Source: Vulcanimicrobiota bacterium (lineage in GTDB: Bacteria; Vulcanimicrobiota; Vulcanimicrobiia; Vulcanimicrobiales; Vulcanimicrobiaceae). From it: a stretch of 47,740 bases of DNA. Numbering within the stretch: the first letter of the stretch is position 1; each line of letters opens with the position of its first letter. The DNA is taken from assembly GCA_003135555.1 (NCBI GenBank), contig PLCF01000069.1, positions 1 to 47,740 of the forward strand. Reading direction: 5' to 3'. A program made the position numbers and the translations under genes. Of the stretch, positions 9,341 to 19,168 are shown one piece after another. A model generated the notes under the pieces. The model did no database searches, was not told where the DNA came from, and saw only the letters and a list, made by a program, of their open reading frames with translations.

Positions 9341-11008
9341 ATGAACCAGCGGCACTTTCCGTACTGGCCCAAGCGGCGGCCGAAAACATTCCCGGTTCCG
9401 ACGACCAACGTCGCGCACAACCTTGCGACGTCGGCCGCACGCTACGGCGATCATCCGGCGATCGTGTACTACGACACGCAGATCTCGTATCGCCGCCTGT
9501 GGGACGAGGTCGAGCGCCTGGCGGGCTATCTCGAGCACCGCGCCGGCGTGCAACGCGGCGACCGCGTGCTGCTGTTCATGCAGAACTCGCCGCAGTTCGT
9601 CGTCGCCTACTACGCGATCTTACGCGCCAACGCGGTGGTCGTTCCGCTCAACCCGATGCTGGTCGCCGAAGAGCTGCTCGCCTTCCTCGAAGACAGCGGA
9701 GCGAGGGTTGCGATCGCGGGACAAGAGCTGGTCCCGCGCCTCAAACCCTACGTGCCGGCGCTGCTGCGCCAGGTCGTGGTCGCGGCGTATTCCGACTACG
9801 TCGAAGCCCCGACCGATCTGAATCTGCCGCCGGCCGTCGCTGCGCCGCGCGCGCCGCTCGACGGCGATGGTTTCATCGCGTGGCACGACGCGCTCGCGAC
9901 GGAGCAGGCCCCCGGCCCGATGGTCGCCCGCGGTGACGACATGGCGCTGTTGCCCTACACCTCCGGGACTACCGGTCGTCCCAAAGGCTGCGTGCACACG
10001 CACCGCAGCCTGCAAACGACGCTGTGGGCGACCCCGATGTGGAGCGTCGGCAGCTCCCCGGGCGGGCGCGTCCTGTCCGTGCTGCCGTACTTTCACGTAA
10101 CCGGGATGACCGGCGACATGAATGCCGGGCTGTGCAACGGCGCAACGTTGGTGATGCTGACGCGCTGGGACCCGGCCGCCGTTCTCACGCAGATCGAGCG
10201 CTACGCCTGCACGTCGATGACGGCGATCAGCACGATGGTCGTCGACTTGCTCGCGCATCCCGGCTCTCGCGCCGACGCGCTGCGCTCGTTGACCTCGCTG
10301 GGCGGCGGCGGTGCGCCGCTGCCGGCCGCGGTCGGCACCGAGATCATCGAACGGCTCGGCCTCACCTACATGGAAGGCTACGGGCTGACCGAGACGATCG
10401 CGATGACGCACGCGAACCCACCCGACCGCACCAAACTGCAGTGCTTGGGCATCCCCACCTTCGGCGTCGACTCGCGCGTCATCGACCCCGACAGCTTGCG
10501 CGAACTGGGGCCCAACGAGACCGGTGAGATCGTGATCGCGGGCTCGCAGGTGATGCGCGAGTACTGGCGGCAGCCGCAGGAGACCGCCGAGGCGTTCCTC
10601 GAGCTCGACGGCAAACGGTTCTTCCGGACCGGCGACCTGGGGTACATGGACGACGAGGGCTACTTCTTTCTCGTCGACCGTCTCAAGCGCATGATCAACG
10701 CGGCCGGCTTCAAGGTCTGGCCGGCCGAGGTCGAGACCAAGCTGTATGCGCACCCGGCGGTGCAGGCGGCGTGTGTCATCGCGTCGTTCGATGCGCGCAA
10801 AGGCGAGCAGGTCAAGGCGCTCGTCGTGCTGCGCGAGGGTGCGACGGCGACGGCCGACGAGATCATCGCGTGGGCGCGCGAGCACATGGCGCCCTACAAG
10901 GTCCCCAGCGAGATCGAGTTCGTCGCGTCGCTGCCGCTGTCGGCAACGGGCAAGGTGCAATGGCGCGTGCTCCAGGAAGAAGAACAGCGCCGCCGTCAGC
11001 CCGCATGA
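9341..11008 (+). CDS. Long-chain fatty-acid--CoA ligase (ANL superfamily)
   Basis: YTSGTTGRPKG, EGYGLTE, FRTGDLG, DRLKRMIN, ATGKV. Confidence 0.93.
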   Translation: MNQRHFPYWPKRRPKTFPVPTTNVAHNLATSAARYGDHPAIVYYDTQISYRRLWDEVERLAGYLEHRAGVQRGDRVLLFMQNSPQFVVAYYAILRANAVVVPLNPMLVAEELLAFLEDSGARVAIAGQELVPRLKPYVPALLRQVVVAAYSDYVEAPTDLNLPPAVAAPRAPLDGDGFIAWHDALATEQAPGPMVARGDDMALLPYTSGTTGRPKGCVHTHRSLQTTLWATPMWSVGSSPGGRVLSVLPYFHVTGMTGDMNAGLCNGATLVMLTRWDPAAVLTQIERYACTSMTAISTMVVDLLAHPGSRADALRSLTSLGGGGAPLPAAVGTEIIERLGLTYMEGYGLTETIAMTHANPPDRTKLQCLGIPTFGVDSRVIDPDSLRELGPNETGEIVIAGSQVMREYWRQPQETAEAFLELDGKRFFRTGDLGYMDDEGYFFLVDRLKRMINAAGFKVWPAEVETKLYAHPAVQAACVIASFDARKGEQVKALVVLREGATATADEIIAWAREHMAPYKVPSEIEFVASLPLSATGKVQWRVLQEEEQRRRQPA

Positions 11009-11541
11009 ACGGCGATAGTACCGAGCAGCGCGTCGCGCTGCGCGAGCTGCACTCCGGCGACGCCGAGACGATCTATGCCTATCGCACGGATCCCGGCGTC
11101 GCGCGCTACCAGGGCTGGACCCCGCGCTCGCTCGACGAAGTGCGCGCGTTCATCGCGAGGCTTTCCGAACACGAAGCGTACAGCCCCGATACCTGGCATC
11201 AACTCGGGATCGAGCTGCGTTCCGCCGGCGCGCTCATCGGCGACTGCGGCGTGCACGTCCTGGCCGATGGTGCGCAGGCGGAGTTCGGCATCACGCTCGC
11301 GCCGGCGTATCACGGGCGCGGCTACGCGGACGAAGCCGTCCGGGCTTTGCTCGCGATGCTGTTCGGGACGCTGGAAAAGCATCGCGTCTTCGCCTCGGTC
11401 GATCCGCGAAACGAGCGTTCGATCGCGCTCATGGAGCGATTGGGATTTCGCCGTGAGGCGCACTTCGTCGAGAGCCTGTGGTTCAAGGAAGCCTGGGCGG
11501 ACGACGTGATCTTCGCCATGCTCGAGCGGGAGTGGCAGTGA
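11005..11541 (+). CDS. GNAT N-acetyltransferase, RimJ/RimL-like
   Basis: YHGRGYA, NERSIALMERLGFRREA; overlaps both neighbours. Confidence 0.88.
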   Translation: MNGDSTEQRVALRELHSGDAETIYAYRTDPGVARYQGWTPRSLDEVRAFIARLSEHEAYSPDTWHQLGIELRSAGALIGDCGVHVLADGAQAEFGITLAPAYHGRGYADEAVRALLAMLFGTLEKHRVFASVDPRNERSIALMERLGFRREAHFVESLWFKEAWADDVIFAMLEREWQ

Positions 11542-12809
11542 AGATCCTCGTCGTCGGCGGCGGCGCACGCGAGGACGCGCTGTCGTGGCGGCTGGCCTCG
11601 TCACCGTCGTGCGACGCGCTGTTCCACGCACCCGGCAACGCCGGGACCGCGTCACGCGGCACGAACTGGCCCGAGGTGAGCGCGACCGATGCGCGCACCA
11701 TCGTGCGGCGCGCGCTCGAGGAGAAGATCGACCTCGTCGTACTCGGTCCGGAGACGGCGATCGCGGCCGGCGTCGGCGACAAATGCCGCGACGCCGGGAT
11801 CGCCGTGTTCGGGCCCAACCGCAACGCCGGGCGGCTCGAGACGAGCAAGATCTTCGCGAAGCGCTTCATGGAGCGCCACGGGATTCCGACCGCGCGCTTC
11901 AAGGTCGTGCACAACGCCGATCAGGCCAAACGCGCGCTCGAGGGCTGGCGCGGCGGCGCGGTGGTGAAAGCGGATGGTCTCGCCGCCGGCAAGGGTGTCG
12001 TCGTCTGCGACGACGCGGCCGGCGCGCTGGCGCTGCTGCGCGAATGGTACGAGAGCAACACGGTCCCGGGCGGCGGTAGCGACGTGGTGATCGAAGAGCG
12101 CCTGAGCGGGCGTGAGGTCAGCGTCTTCGCCATCGGTGACGGTCGAGCGATGGTGCCGGTCGCCGCGGCGTGTGACTACAAGCGTGCCGGTGACGACGAC
12201 CAAGGCCCCAACACCGGCGGGATGGGCGCCTACTCGCCGCCCTCGGGATTCGCCGACAACCTGCTGTGGATCGTGCGCGAGCGGGTCGTCGCACCGGCGC
12301 TGCGCGGGCTGCTCGCCGAAGGCGAGGAGTACCGCGGCGTGCTCTACTGCGGGATCATGCAGACCACGAACGGGCCGTACGTGATCGAGTTCAACGCCCG
12401 CTTCGGAGACCCCGAGACGCAAGTGCTGATGCCGCGCGTCGGCGGCGACTTCGCGCGATACCTCAAATCCGCAGCCGACGGTGCGTTGCAGATCGACGCG
12501 GCGACCTGGTCGAGCGATGCCTGCGTCGGCGTCGTCGTGGCGACGGCGCGCTATCCGTACGAGAACACCAAGGTCGCGGGACTCCCCGCGGATCTCGCGC
12601 TAAGCGAAGGTGCGGTCGCGTTCTGGGGAACCTCGACGCGCGAGGGCGACACGGTTTCGTCGCCGGGCGGGCGCGTCCTCACGGTAACCGCGCGCGGTAA
12701 CGACCTCGACGCGGCGCGGGCGCGCGTCTACGCTGCGATCGGCGCGCTCAAGGCCCGTTTCCCGCCCGGAACGGCGCTGACGTACCGGAGCGACATCGCG
12801 CGGCTCTGA
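11538..12809 (+). CDS. purD: Phosphoribosylamine--glycine ligase
   Basis: KILVVGGGARE, VKADGLAAGKGV, GPNTGGMGAYSP, EFNARFGDPETQ, GGRVL, YRSDIA. Confidence 0.96.
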   Translation: MKILVVGGGAREDALSWRLASSPSCDALFHAPGNAGTASRGTNWPEVSATDARTIVRRALEEKIDLVVLGPETAIAAGVGDKCRDAGIAVFGPNRNAGRLETSKIFAKRFMERHGIPTARFKVVHNADQAKRALEGWRGGAVVKADGLAAGKGVVVCDDAAGALALLREWYESNTVPGGGSDVVIEERLSGREVSVFAIGDGRAMVPVAAACDYKRAGDDDQGPNTGGMGAYSPPSGFADNLLWIVRERVVAPALRGLLAEGEEYRGVLYCGIMQTTNGPYVIEFNARFGDPETQVLMPRVGGDFARYLKSAADGALQIDAATWSSDACVGVVVATARYPYENTKVAGLPADLALSEGAVAFWGTSTREGDTVSSPGGRVLTVTARGNDLDAARARVYAAIGALKARFPPGTALTYRSDIARL

Positions 12810-12811
12810 TT

Positions 12812-14344
12812 TCAGAGATGCAGAAGCTGGCGGCCGGCGCGGTTGGGCGTGAAGTAGATGCGCTCGTCCGCGTAGTTCAGCGCGAGCGTGAAGTAGCGTA
12901 AGACGCCGTCGCCGATCACGCCGTCGATATCGTGGGAGTAGGCTTGCTCCGATGTCACCCGGTAGCCCAACAGATCGGCGACGCGCGCGTCGCCCAGCGT
13001 GAGCTGGTGGACGAACGCCGGGCTGACCGAGAACGCTCCGCCGACGCCGCTGAGCTTGGGGTTGTGGGCGAACGGAAACGCATCGGGCGTTTCGCGGAAC
13101 GCGAACGGGTTGCGGCGCATGAAATAGTCGAAGATCAAGAAGTTCCCCACCCCGCCGGTGTCGAGCACGAACCGCTCGGCGAGCATCCCGTCGAGCGCGA
13201 CGCTCACCAGCGGGACGCCGCGCCCCAAACGCGCGGCGAGCGCGAACGCATGCGGGTCGTCCGGGGCGCGGAACGCGGCGCCCGGGACGACGCTCACCCG
13301 GCGTCCCTCGTAGTCGATCGTCACGCCCAGCTGCGCCAAGAAATCGAAGCCCAGCAAACCCGCCATCCGCACGCCGAGGCGGTCGGCGGACCCCAACGGC
13401 ACGATGCCGACCGCGACATTGCGCATCACCAGCGCGCCCACGCGCATCTCGGGGACGACGGATCGAGCCACGGTCGTCCGCCCGGCGACCACGTGGGCGT
13501 GCTCGCCGTACAGCGGCAGCGCCAGCGCGCGAGCGACGCTGCTGTCGACCGCGATCCCCGACGACCCCGTGTCGAGCACGAATTGGTAGTCGGTCCCGCG
13601 GATCGTCACGGTGGCATAGATGTGCGAGCCGAACTGCACCGGCAGGTCGACGCTTTCGGCGCCGGGCGGAAACTCCACGAGCGTCCGGCGGCTGGGCGGG
13701 CGCGCGAGCTCGTCGTCGCTCACCATCCCCGGCGCGTAGTCGGTGACGCGCGATTCGCTCGTCGTCTGCGCGATCGAATCCTCGGCCCGCCAATGATGGG
13801 GGAAGACGCGTCCACGATCGTCGCGGAACTCGTCGTAGATCGTCGCCACGCTGCCGCTCGCGTCGGAGCGCTCGCGGCGCACCAGGTGCCAGCCCGCCGG
13901 GTCGATGTAGTCCCGGCGGCCCCAGCCTTTGGCGTTGAGGATCGCGATGAGATAGCCGTCGACCGGCGCGTGCACGCGCGCGACGCTGGTCGTGACGGGC
14001 TCCGGGAGCGCGCGCCCCGGATCGGCGTCGTCGTCGAGGCTGATGCCGTTGGCATTCTGCCGCCAGTGGCGCCCACCGATGGTCCCGCCTTCATCGTGAA
14101 ACACGCCGGTGTCGTCGATGTCGTGCTCGTCGTCACCGCGCACGATCCGGCGCTGCGTCGTCTTGGTTCCGTCGGAGGACGTGACGACGACCGTCTCCCG
14201 GTATCCCGGCGGTGCGTGTTCGGCAGCGCGCATGTTCGCGCGCAACTCGGCGGCAACCGGGAGCGCGTCCTCGGCACCGGCGAGCGCCGGCACGGAACAT
14301 GCCACAATCAGCGCCGGCAAGTGACGCCAGAAACGCGTCGTCAT
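12812..14344 (-). CDS. Secreted aspartyl protease with two retropepsin-like domains (paralog 1)
   Basis: Signal peptide; FVLDTGSS...GLLGFDFL and FVLDTGGV...DGVIG. Confidence 0.85.
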   Translation of the reverse strand: MTTRFWRHLPALIVACSVPALAGAEDALPVAAELRANMRAAEHAPPGYRETVVVTSSDGTKTTQRRIVRGDDEHDIDDTGVFHDEGGTIGGRHWRQNANGISLDDDADPGRALPEPVTTSVARVHAPVDGYLIAILNAKGWGRRDYIDPAGWHLVRRERSDASGSVATIYDEFRDDRGRVFPHHWRAEDSIAQTTSESRVTDYAPGMVSDDELARPPSRRTLVEFPPGAESVDLPVQFGSHIYATVTIRGTDYQFVLDTGSSGIAVDSSVARALALPLYGEHAHVVAGRTTVARSVVPEMRVGALVMRNVAVGIVPLGSADRLGVRMAGLLGFDFLAQLGVTIDYEGRRVSVVPGAAFRAPDDPHAFALAARLGRGVPLVSVALDGMLAERFVLDTGGVGNFLIFDYFMRRNPFAFRETPDAFPFAHNPKLSGVGGAFSVSPAFVHQLTLGDARVADLLGYRVTSEQAYSHDIDGVIGDGVLRYFTLALNYADERIYFTPNRAGRQLLHL

Positions 14345-14355
14345 AAGGGCCGACC

Positions 14356-14379
14356 TTCCGCGTGCCGGACGCGGCGCCT
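14356..14379 (-). promoter_or_regulatory. Putative promoter motif AGG-N17-GGAA, 11 nt before the protease ATG
   Basis: Same spacing recurs before four other genes in the window. Confidence 0.45.
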
Positions 14380-14622
14380 CCAAACGGCGCGAGCGTGCCC
14401 GGTGTGGTCCGTAGGCGGGTCGCGCCCTCCGGGCTGAGGGTCGGCATGCCAATTATGCGTCGGCTACCGGCTTAGTTCCAGCTTTGAGACGGGAGCGCGC
14501 CCGGCAGGAATCCGGAGGCACCTACGAAAGTGTGCCCGGGTTCAAGCCGACTTGCGGCGCCCCCCTATGTGTGAGCGGCGCGACAACGGCGCTACATCGT
14601 ATTTTCCGCGAGGTGGGAACTT

Positions 14623-15569
14623 ATGAATAGAGGCCAATTGTTGGCGATGCTATCGAGCGCCGGCGCCTTGGCAGGTTGCTCGGCACCAGGGGCGACTCGC
14701 GCCCTCACCCTCGGGCCACAGAGGAACGTTCGCTCCATCCGGATCGATGTTTCTCGACGAAGTGTACAATTCCCGATTGCCAGACCGGATGGCGTGCCGA
14801 TCCCCGCGCATGCAAACTACTTTGCCGCGGAGCAGAGGGTTGCGAGCGTTCCTCGTGACTCGACGCAGATAATCAATCCGATCTGCACGCAGGACAGCTG
14901 CGGAGGCGGTGGCGGAGGCGGAGGCGTGGCGCACAGCCTGACCTCCGATTCGACGCGGGATCTGAAACCGGCTACTATTGGGGCAGCGCTAATTACGTTG
15001 AGACTTGGTCGGGCGACGGCTCCATGCTCCTCAACCAAGCAAATTGGTCGTACAATGCGTCCGGCAATACGATTGGACTGACCTTTACCAACAGCAATGG
15101 GGATTCGATTACAGCGAGCGGTCCCGCATGGTACGACGATGGTACCTACTCGATCAACGGTGGCGCCGCCACCCTGGTCGTCTCAACTACAAACGGCACA
15201 GTAAACCTCTATCATCAAAGTGGGATCTCGTTTTCTGGCGCGTCGGACGGCACGAACATGACCCTAACCTCGACTCAGAACGGTTACTCGGTCAGCACCG
15301 TGGTGCCCCTGACCGATTTTACCCCCTATGCTTCGGTTCGTCGCAAACCGATGGGATTGCGTCATACCGAAAGCCTTCACTGCGTCGCGATAGCGATCGT
15401 CGGGCTTGCAATGATGTTGGCCATCCTGGTGACCGCATTGGCTATGATTGCGGCTGTGTGCGCAACTGCCACGCCTGCTACGTGCGCGGTGGCCGGGCTA
15501 CTGATTGCGGCCCTGGCTGAGAGGTTGATGAGAAGTGTCAAGGATTGGACGCACTCAATGGGATGTTGA
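14623..15569 (+). pseudogene. Frameshifted (or mis-assembled) lipoprotein with Cys-stapled hydrophobic C-terminal hairpin; toxin/bacteriocin-precursor-like
   Basis: ORF 14623 (MNRGQLL...LAGC lipobox) joins the frame of ORF 15024-15569 if one G is restored at about 14926 in the Gly-codon run; lower GC than flanks. Confidence 0.6.
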
Positions 15570-15576
15570 GCCTGCA

Positions 15577-15858
15577 GTGTCTACCGAACTACTGATTGAA
15601 GGTGGGGCCGTCCTCGGTTGCGCTGTCGCCATCCTCGCAATGGGAAATTCGCGAAAGCGGAGGGATCATCGCATCGCGCTGATTTGGATCGGCTTGACGA
15701 TTGTCAGCGGCGGGATCGCGGACGGCGAGGCGACCCAGGGCGATAACCCAAGCGCATATGTATTTCTCGCCGTTGCTGCGTGCACGCTCGTGCTCGGCGC
15801 TTTCTTCGCAGTGCGGGCGGCGCGTTCGTCGAGCTCGGACATCTGGAAGGGCCTCTGA
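15577..15858 (+). CDS. Small membrane protein (about 3 TM), candidate immunity protein
   Basis: GTG 7 nt after the upstream stop; three hydrophobic segments; same low-GC islet. Confidence 0.55.
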   Translation: MSTELLIEGGAVLGCAVAILAMGNSRKRRDHRIALIWIGLTIVSGGIADGEATQGDNPSAYVFLAVAACTLVLGAFFAVRAARSSSSDIWKGL

Positions 15859-15874
15859 GCCGCCGCCGGTGCCT

Positions 15875-17578
15875 TCATTGGGGGCTCGGTGAGGTGACCG
15901 GCACCGGCGCCGGCGCCGGCGCCGGTGACGGCGTCTGCGCGGGTACGGGCGGCGGCGTCGCGGCACGCGTGCGCGAGTTCGGCACGAGCGCGACGCGGGC
16001 ATTGGCGTAGTCGAGGTAGACATCGAACGCGCGCAGCGCGGAGGCGCCGATGAGCCCGTCATCGTCCTCGCCCTCGAATGCCGGCTGGTCGCCGGACATC
16101 ACCAGCGCGATCATGTCCGGGTACAGCACCTGACCGAGCTGCATCTTCTCGAGCAGGACGAGGCGCATGGTCAGCGTTCCGCCAACGCCGCTCGCGGCAA
16201 CCACGTTGAAGATGCGGCTCAGGATCTTCTTGGGGCTGTGGTCGTCGACTGCCGCCGGATGCCGCGCCGCGAAGCCGGAGAAGACCACGACCTCGTCGGC
16301 GCCGGTGTCCAGGATGAAGCGCTCGCCGATCACCTCGTTCACCTTCATCCCTACCATCGGCACGGAGTCGTCGAGGATCGTGTCGAGGATGAATGCGTTC
16401 GCGGGCGGCTTGAACGACTCGGAAGGGATCGCGTCGACCGTTCCATGGTCGTAGTCGATCTTCACGACGCAGCCGGCGATGAAGTCGAAGCCCAGCAGGC
16501 CCACCAGCCGCGTCCGCTCATCGTTCTGCTCTGAGAAGGGCAGTGCATCGACGACGACGTCCGACATGGTGACGTCGCCGATCGCGATCTTGGGGATGAT
16601 GGCGCGGCCGCTGACGAAGGTACCGGCGACCGTCGAGCTCCAGCGCCCGTATGTCTTCAAACCGAGCTGCCGTACGACGTCGCGGTCGAAGACGATCCCC
16701 GACGCGCCGGAATCGAGCTGGAAGTCCAGTCCGCGACCGTTCACGGTGAGCCGCACGATCACGCGTCCCCACCGATCGATCCGCGCCGGTAGACGCACGG
16801 TCGCGCCGCCGGCCGGCATGCTCAGCGGGAGTCGCCGGCTGCCCGGAATCGCGAGCTCCGCGTCGGCTACCGGCGTGTCGATCTGCAGGCTCTCGACTGA
16901 CCACACTTTGTCGTTTTCGGGATGACCGTCGCTCAGCGTCGTGCGATACGGTACCGTGACGGTATGGGCGGAGCGGAAATCGTCGTATGAAGCGACGACC
17001 AACTTGTCGAGGTAGGCCGTCTCGCGCCGCAACAGCCGAAGCGACGTCGCATCGTAGAAGCGCCGCTCCGCGCGGCCGTCCGGCGGCGCGACGCGCAAGA
17101 CGTAGACGTCGGCCGGCGCGCGCAGGCGCCCCAGCACGCGAACCTCTTCGCCCGGATCGGGTTTTTCGAGGGCGCGAACGTTGGCCTCGGCACGTTTGTG
17201 GATCCCGCGCTTGAGCAGCGTGTAGCCGTTCTCGTTCGTCTCCCAGAGCTGCCCTTGCGACTTGCCTTCGGCGGTGACGAACGGGCCGGTCGTTACGTCG
17301 ACCCGATAGTCGTCGCCGCTCCACACCTCGCGCTCGATACCGTCGAGCCCGCCGTCGTGAAAGGTGTAGGTAATCCGCAGGGTATGCTTGCCTTCGCCGA
17401 GCGTTCCATCGGCGCGTTGCGCCCCGTCGAGAATATCCTTGACGGTCATGGTGGTCTCTTCGTACGCCGTCGGCCAGGCGCGCGGATCGGGCGGTTTCGT
17501 CTTCGCCGGTGCAGCGGCGAGCGCTGCGGAAGCGGTAATGCAAAGCGCGACCAGCGACGCGGCCGCGCGGGCGATCAT
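15875..17578 (-). CDS. Secreted aspartyl protease with two retropepsin-like domains (paralog 2), Pro-rich tail
   Basis: Signal peptide; FQLDSGAS...GLLGFDFI, FILDTGAD...DGLIG. Confidence 0.85.
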   Translation of the reverse strand: MIARAAASLVALCITASAALAAAPAKTKPPDPRAWPTAYEETTMTVKDILDGAQRADGTLGEGKHTLRITYTFHDGGLDGIEREVWSGDDYRVDVTTGPFVTAEGKSQGQLWETNENGYTLLKRGIHKRAEANVRALEKPDPGEEVRVLGRLRAPADVYVLRVAPPDGRAERRFYDATSLRLLRRETAYLDKLVVASYDDFRSAHTVTVPYRTTLSDGHPENDKVWSVESLQIDTPVADAELAIPGSRRLPLSMPAGGATVRLPARIDRWGRVIVRLTVNGRGLDFQLDSGASGIVFDRDVVRQLGLKTYGRWSSTVAGTFVSGRAIIPKIAIGDVTMSDVVVDALPFSEQNDERTRLVGLLGFDFIAGCVVKIDYDHGTVDAIPSESFKPPANAFILDTILDDSVPMVGMKVNEVIGERFILDTGADEVVVFSGFAARHPAAVDDHSPKKILSRIFNVVAASGVGGTLTMRLVLLEKMQLGQVLYPDMIALVMSGDQPAFEGEDDDGLIGASALRAFDVYLDYANARVALVPNSRTRAATPPPVPAQTPSPAPAPAPVPVTSPSPQ

Positions 17579-19113
17579 TTGATCCCCATCGCGCGGCGGC
17601 CCTCGGTGTTCGGCGTGAGGTAGATTCGGGCGTTGCCGTAGTCGAGCCCCACCGTGAAGAGGCGCAGGAAGGCGGGTGCGATCACGCCGTCGGTCGCGCC
17701 GGGATAACTGCCGCTCGAGGTGACGCGGTAGCCGACGAACTCGCTGAAGTTGATGTTCGCCAGCTTGAGGCTCTTGATCTGGTATGCGCGCACGTCGAAC
17801 GCGCCGCCGATGCCGCTGAACCGAATCGGCCGGCTACGCGCGCCGGCGCCTTCGTCGCGCACCGCTTCGGGGTGGCGCCGCGCGAAGTAGTCGAGGATCA
17901 AGAACGTGCCGGCCCCGCCTGTGTCGAGCATGAAGCGGTCCGCCGAAGCGCCGTTGACCGACACGGTCATCAGCGGCTGACCGGACCCGAGCCGCACGTC
18001 GAGGGGCGTCGTGTGGGGATCCGCCGGAGGCCGGACGTCTTCGCCGCGCACGACCGTCACGCGCTGGTGCTCGTAGTCGATCGTCACGCCGAGCTCGGCC
18101 AAGAAGTCGAACCCCAGCAAGCCGACGGTCTTCACTCCGGCTTGCTCCACCCAGCCCTGAGGCTCGAGATGCACCATGACGTTGCGCATGCGCAGCCCGC
18201 CGACGCGCAGCTCCGGAATGATGGCGCGGGCGATAGAGTGACGCGCCGCCGTCACGGTGCTGTGCTCGGCGTAGGGCGTGATGCCGAGCTCCTTGGCGAC
18301 CTGTTCGTCCATCGCGATCCCGTACGACCCGGTGTCGAGAATGAAATCGAGCCCGCGATCCCCGGCCATCACGCGAACGTAGATGTGACCGAACGGCGCA
18401 AACCGCGTCGGCAGCTCGAGCGATCGCACCCCGGCGGGAAACTCGACGAGCGCGCGGCGCGGCATCGGGATCGCAACGTCGGCGTCTCCGACCGTGCCGC
18501 TCTCGTAGAGCGTGACGCGCGACTCGCTCGTGGTGCGCGCTACCCCGTCGTCGACGCGCCAGTGATGCGCGAACGAGCGGCCGTGATCGGCGCGAAAGTC
18601 GTCGTAGACGGTGACGATCGTGCCGTTGGGGCCGATCGACTCGCGCCGCACGACGTGCCAGGTCGCGGGATCGACATACTCCTTCGTCCCCGTGCCGCGC
18701 CCCGTCAGCGTCGCGATGACGAACGCCTCGACCGGAGTATGGACGCGCGACACCGTCGTGGTCATCGGTTCGCGAACGGACTCGGCAGGATCGGGCTGCT
18801 CGATGACGACTTGACCGTTCTCGTTCTCGTGCCAGGCTTCGTCCTTGACCGACCCGCGTTCGGTGTGGAACGGGCCGTCGTCCGAGACGACGCGGAAGTC
18901 GGACTCGCGCTGCAAGCGCAACCGCGTGACGTTCGAGCCGTCGCTCGACGTCGTGACGATCGTCTCGCGCCACACCGTTTGCGCCGGACCGCTCGCCTCG
19001 CGAACCTTCTGGCGGATCGCGGCGGCGTCGAGAACGGGCTCGTCCGCGCCCGCCGCCCCGAGCGGAAATAGCAGCAGCACCGCCGGCAAGAAACGCCACA
19101 GCCGACTCGTCAT
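17575..19113 (-). CDS. Secreted aspartyl protease with two retropepsin-like domains (paralog 3)
   Basis: Signal peptide; FILDTGSY...GLLGFDFL, FMLDTGGA...DGVI; clearly colinear with paralog 1. Confidence 0.85.
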   Translation of the reverse strand: MTSRLWRFLPAVLLLFPLGAAGADEPVLDAAAIRQKVREASGPAQTVWRETIVTTSSDGSNVTRLRLQRESDFRVVSDDGPFHTERGSVKDEAWHENENGQVVIEQPDPAESVREPMTTTVSRVHTPVEAFVIATLTGRGTGTKEYVDPATWHVVRRESIGPNGTIVTVYDDFRADHGRSFAHHWRVDDGVARTTSESRVTLYESGTVGDADVAIPMPRRALVEFPAGVRSLELPTRFAPFGHIYVRVMAGDRGLDFILDTGSYGIAMDEQVAKELGITPYAEHSTVTAARHSIARAIIPELRVGGLRMRNVMVHLEPQGWVEQAGVKTVGLLGFDFLAELGVTIDYEHQRVTVVRGEDVRPPADPHTTPLDVRLGSGQPLMTVSVNGASADRFMLDTGGAGTFLILDYFARRHPEAVRDEGAGARSRPIRFSGIGGAFDVRAYQIKSLKLANINFSEFVGYRVTSSGSYPGATDGVIAPAFLRLFTVGLDYGNARIYLTPNTEGRRAMGIK

Positions 19114-19122
19114 GGCGCCGCC

Positions 19123-19146
19123 TTCCCCGCGCCCCCCGCGACGCCT
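19123..19146 (-). promoter_or_regulatory. Putative promoter motif AGG-N17-GGAA, 9 nt before ATG
   Basis: Recurrent motif. Confidence 0.45.
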
Positions 19147-19168
19147 CTACAGGGGCACGGTCTCGCGA

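Noticed and set aside
9620..14437. Long antisense or alternate-frame ORFs (e.g. 9620-10960, 12932-14437; similar ones at 21139-22605 and 40515-41993)
   Set aside because: Motif-less shadows expected in high-GC DNA opposite well-supported genes.
14927..15081. C-terminus of the 152-aa ORF as a real protein end
   Set aside because: The alternative frame is open and reads continuously into the 15024 ORF, so a frameshifted single gene is more parsimonious.
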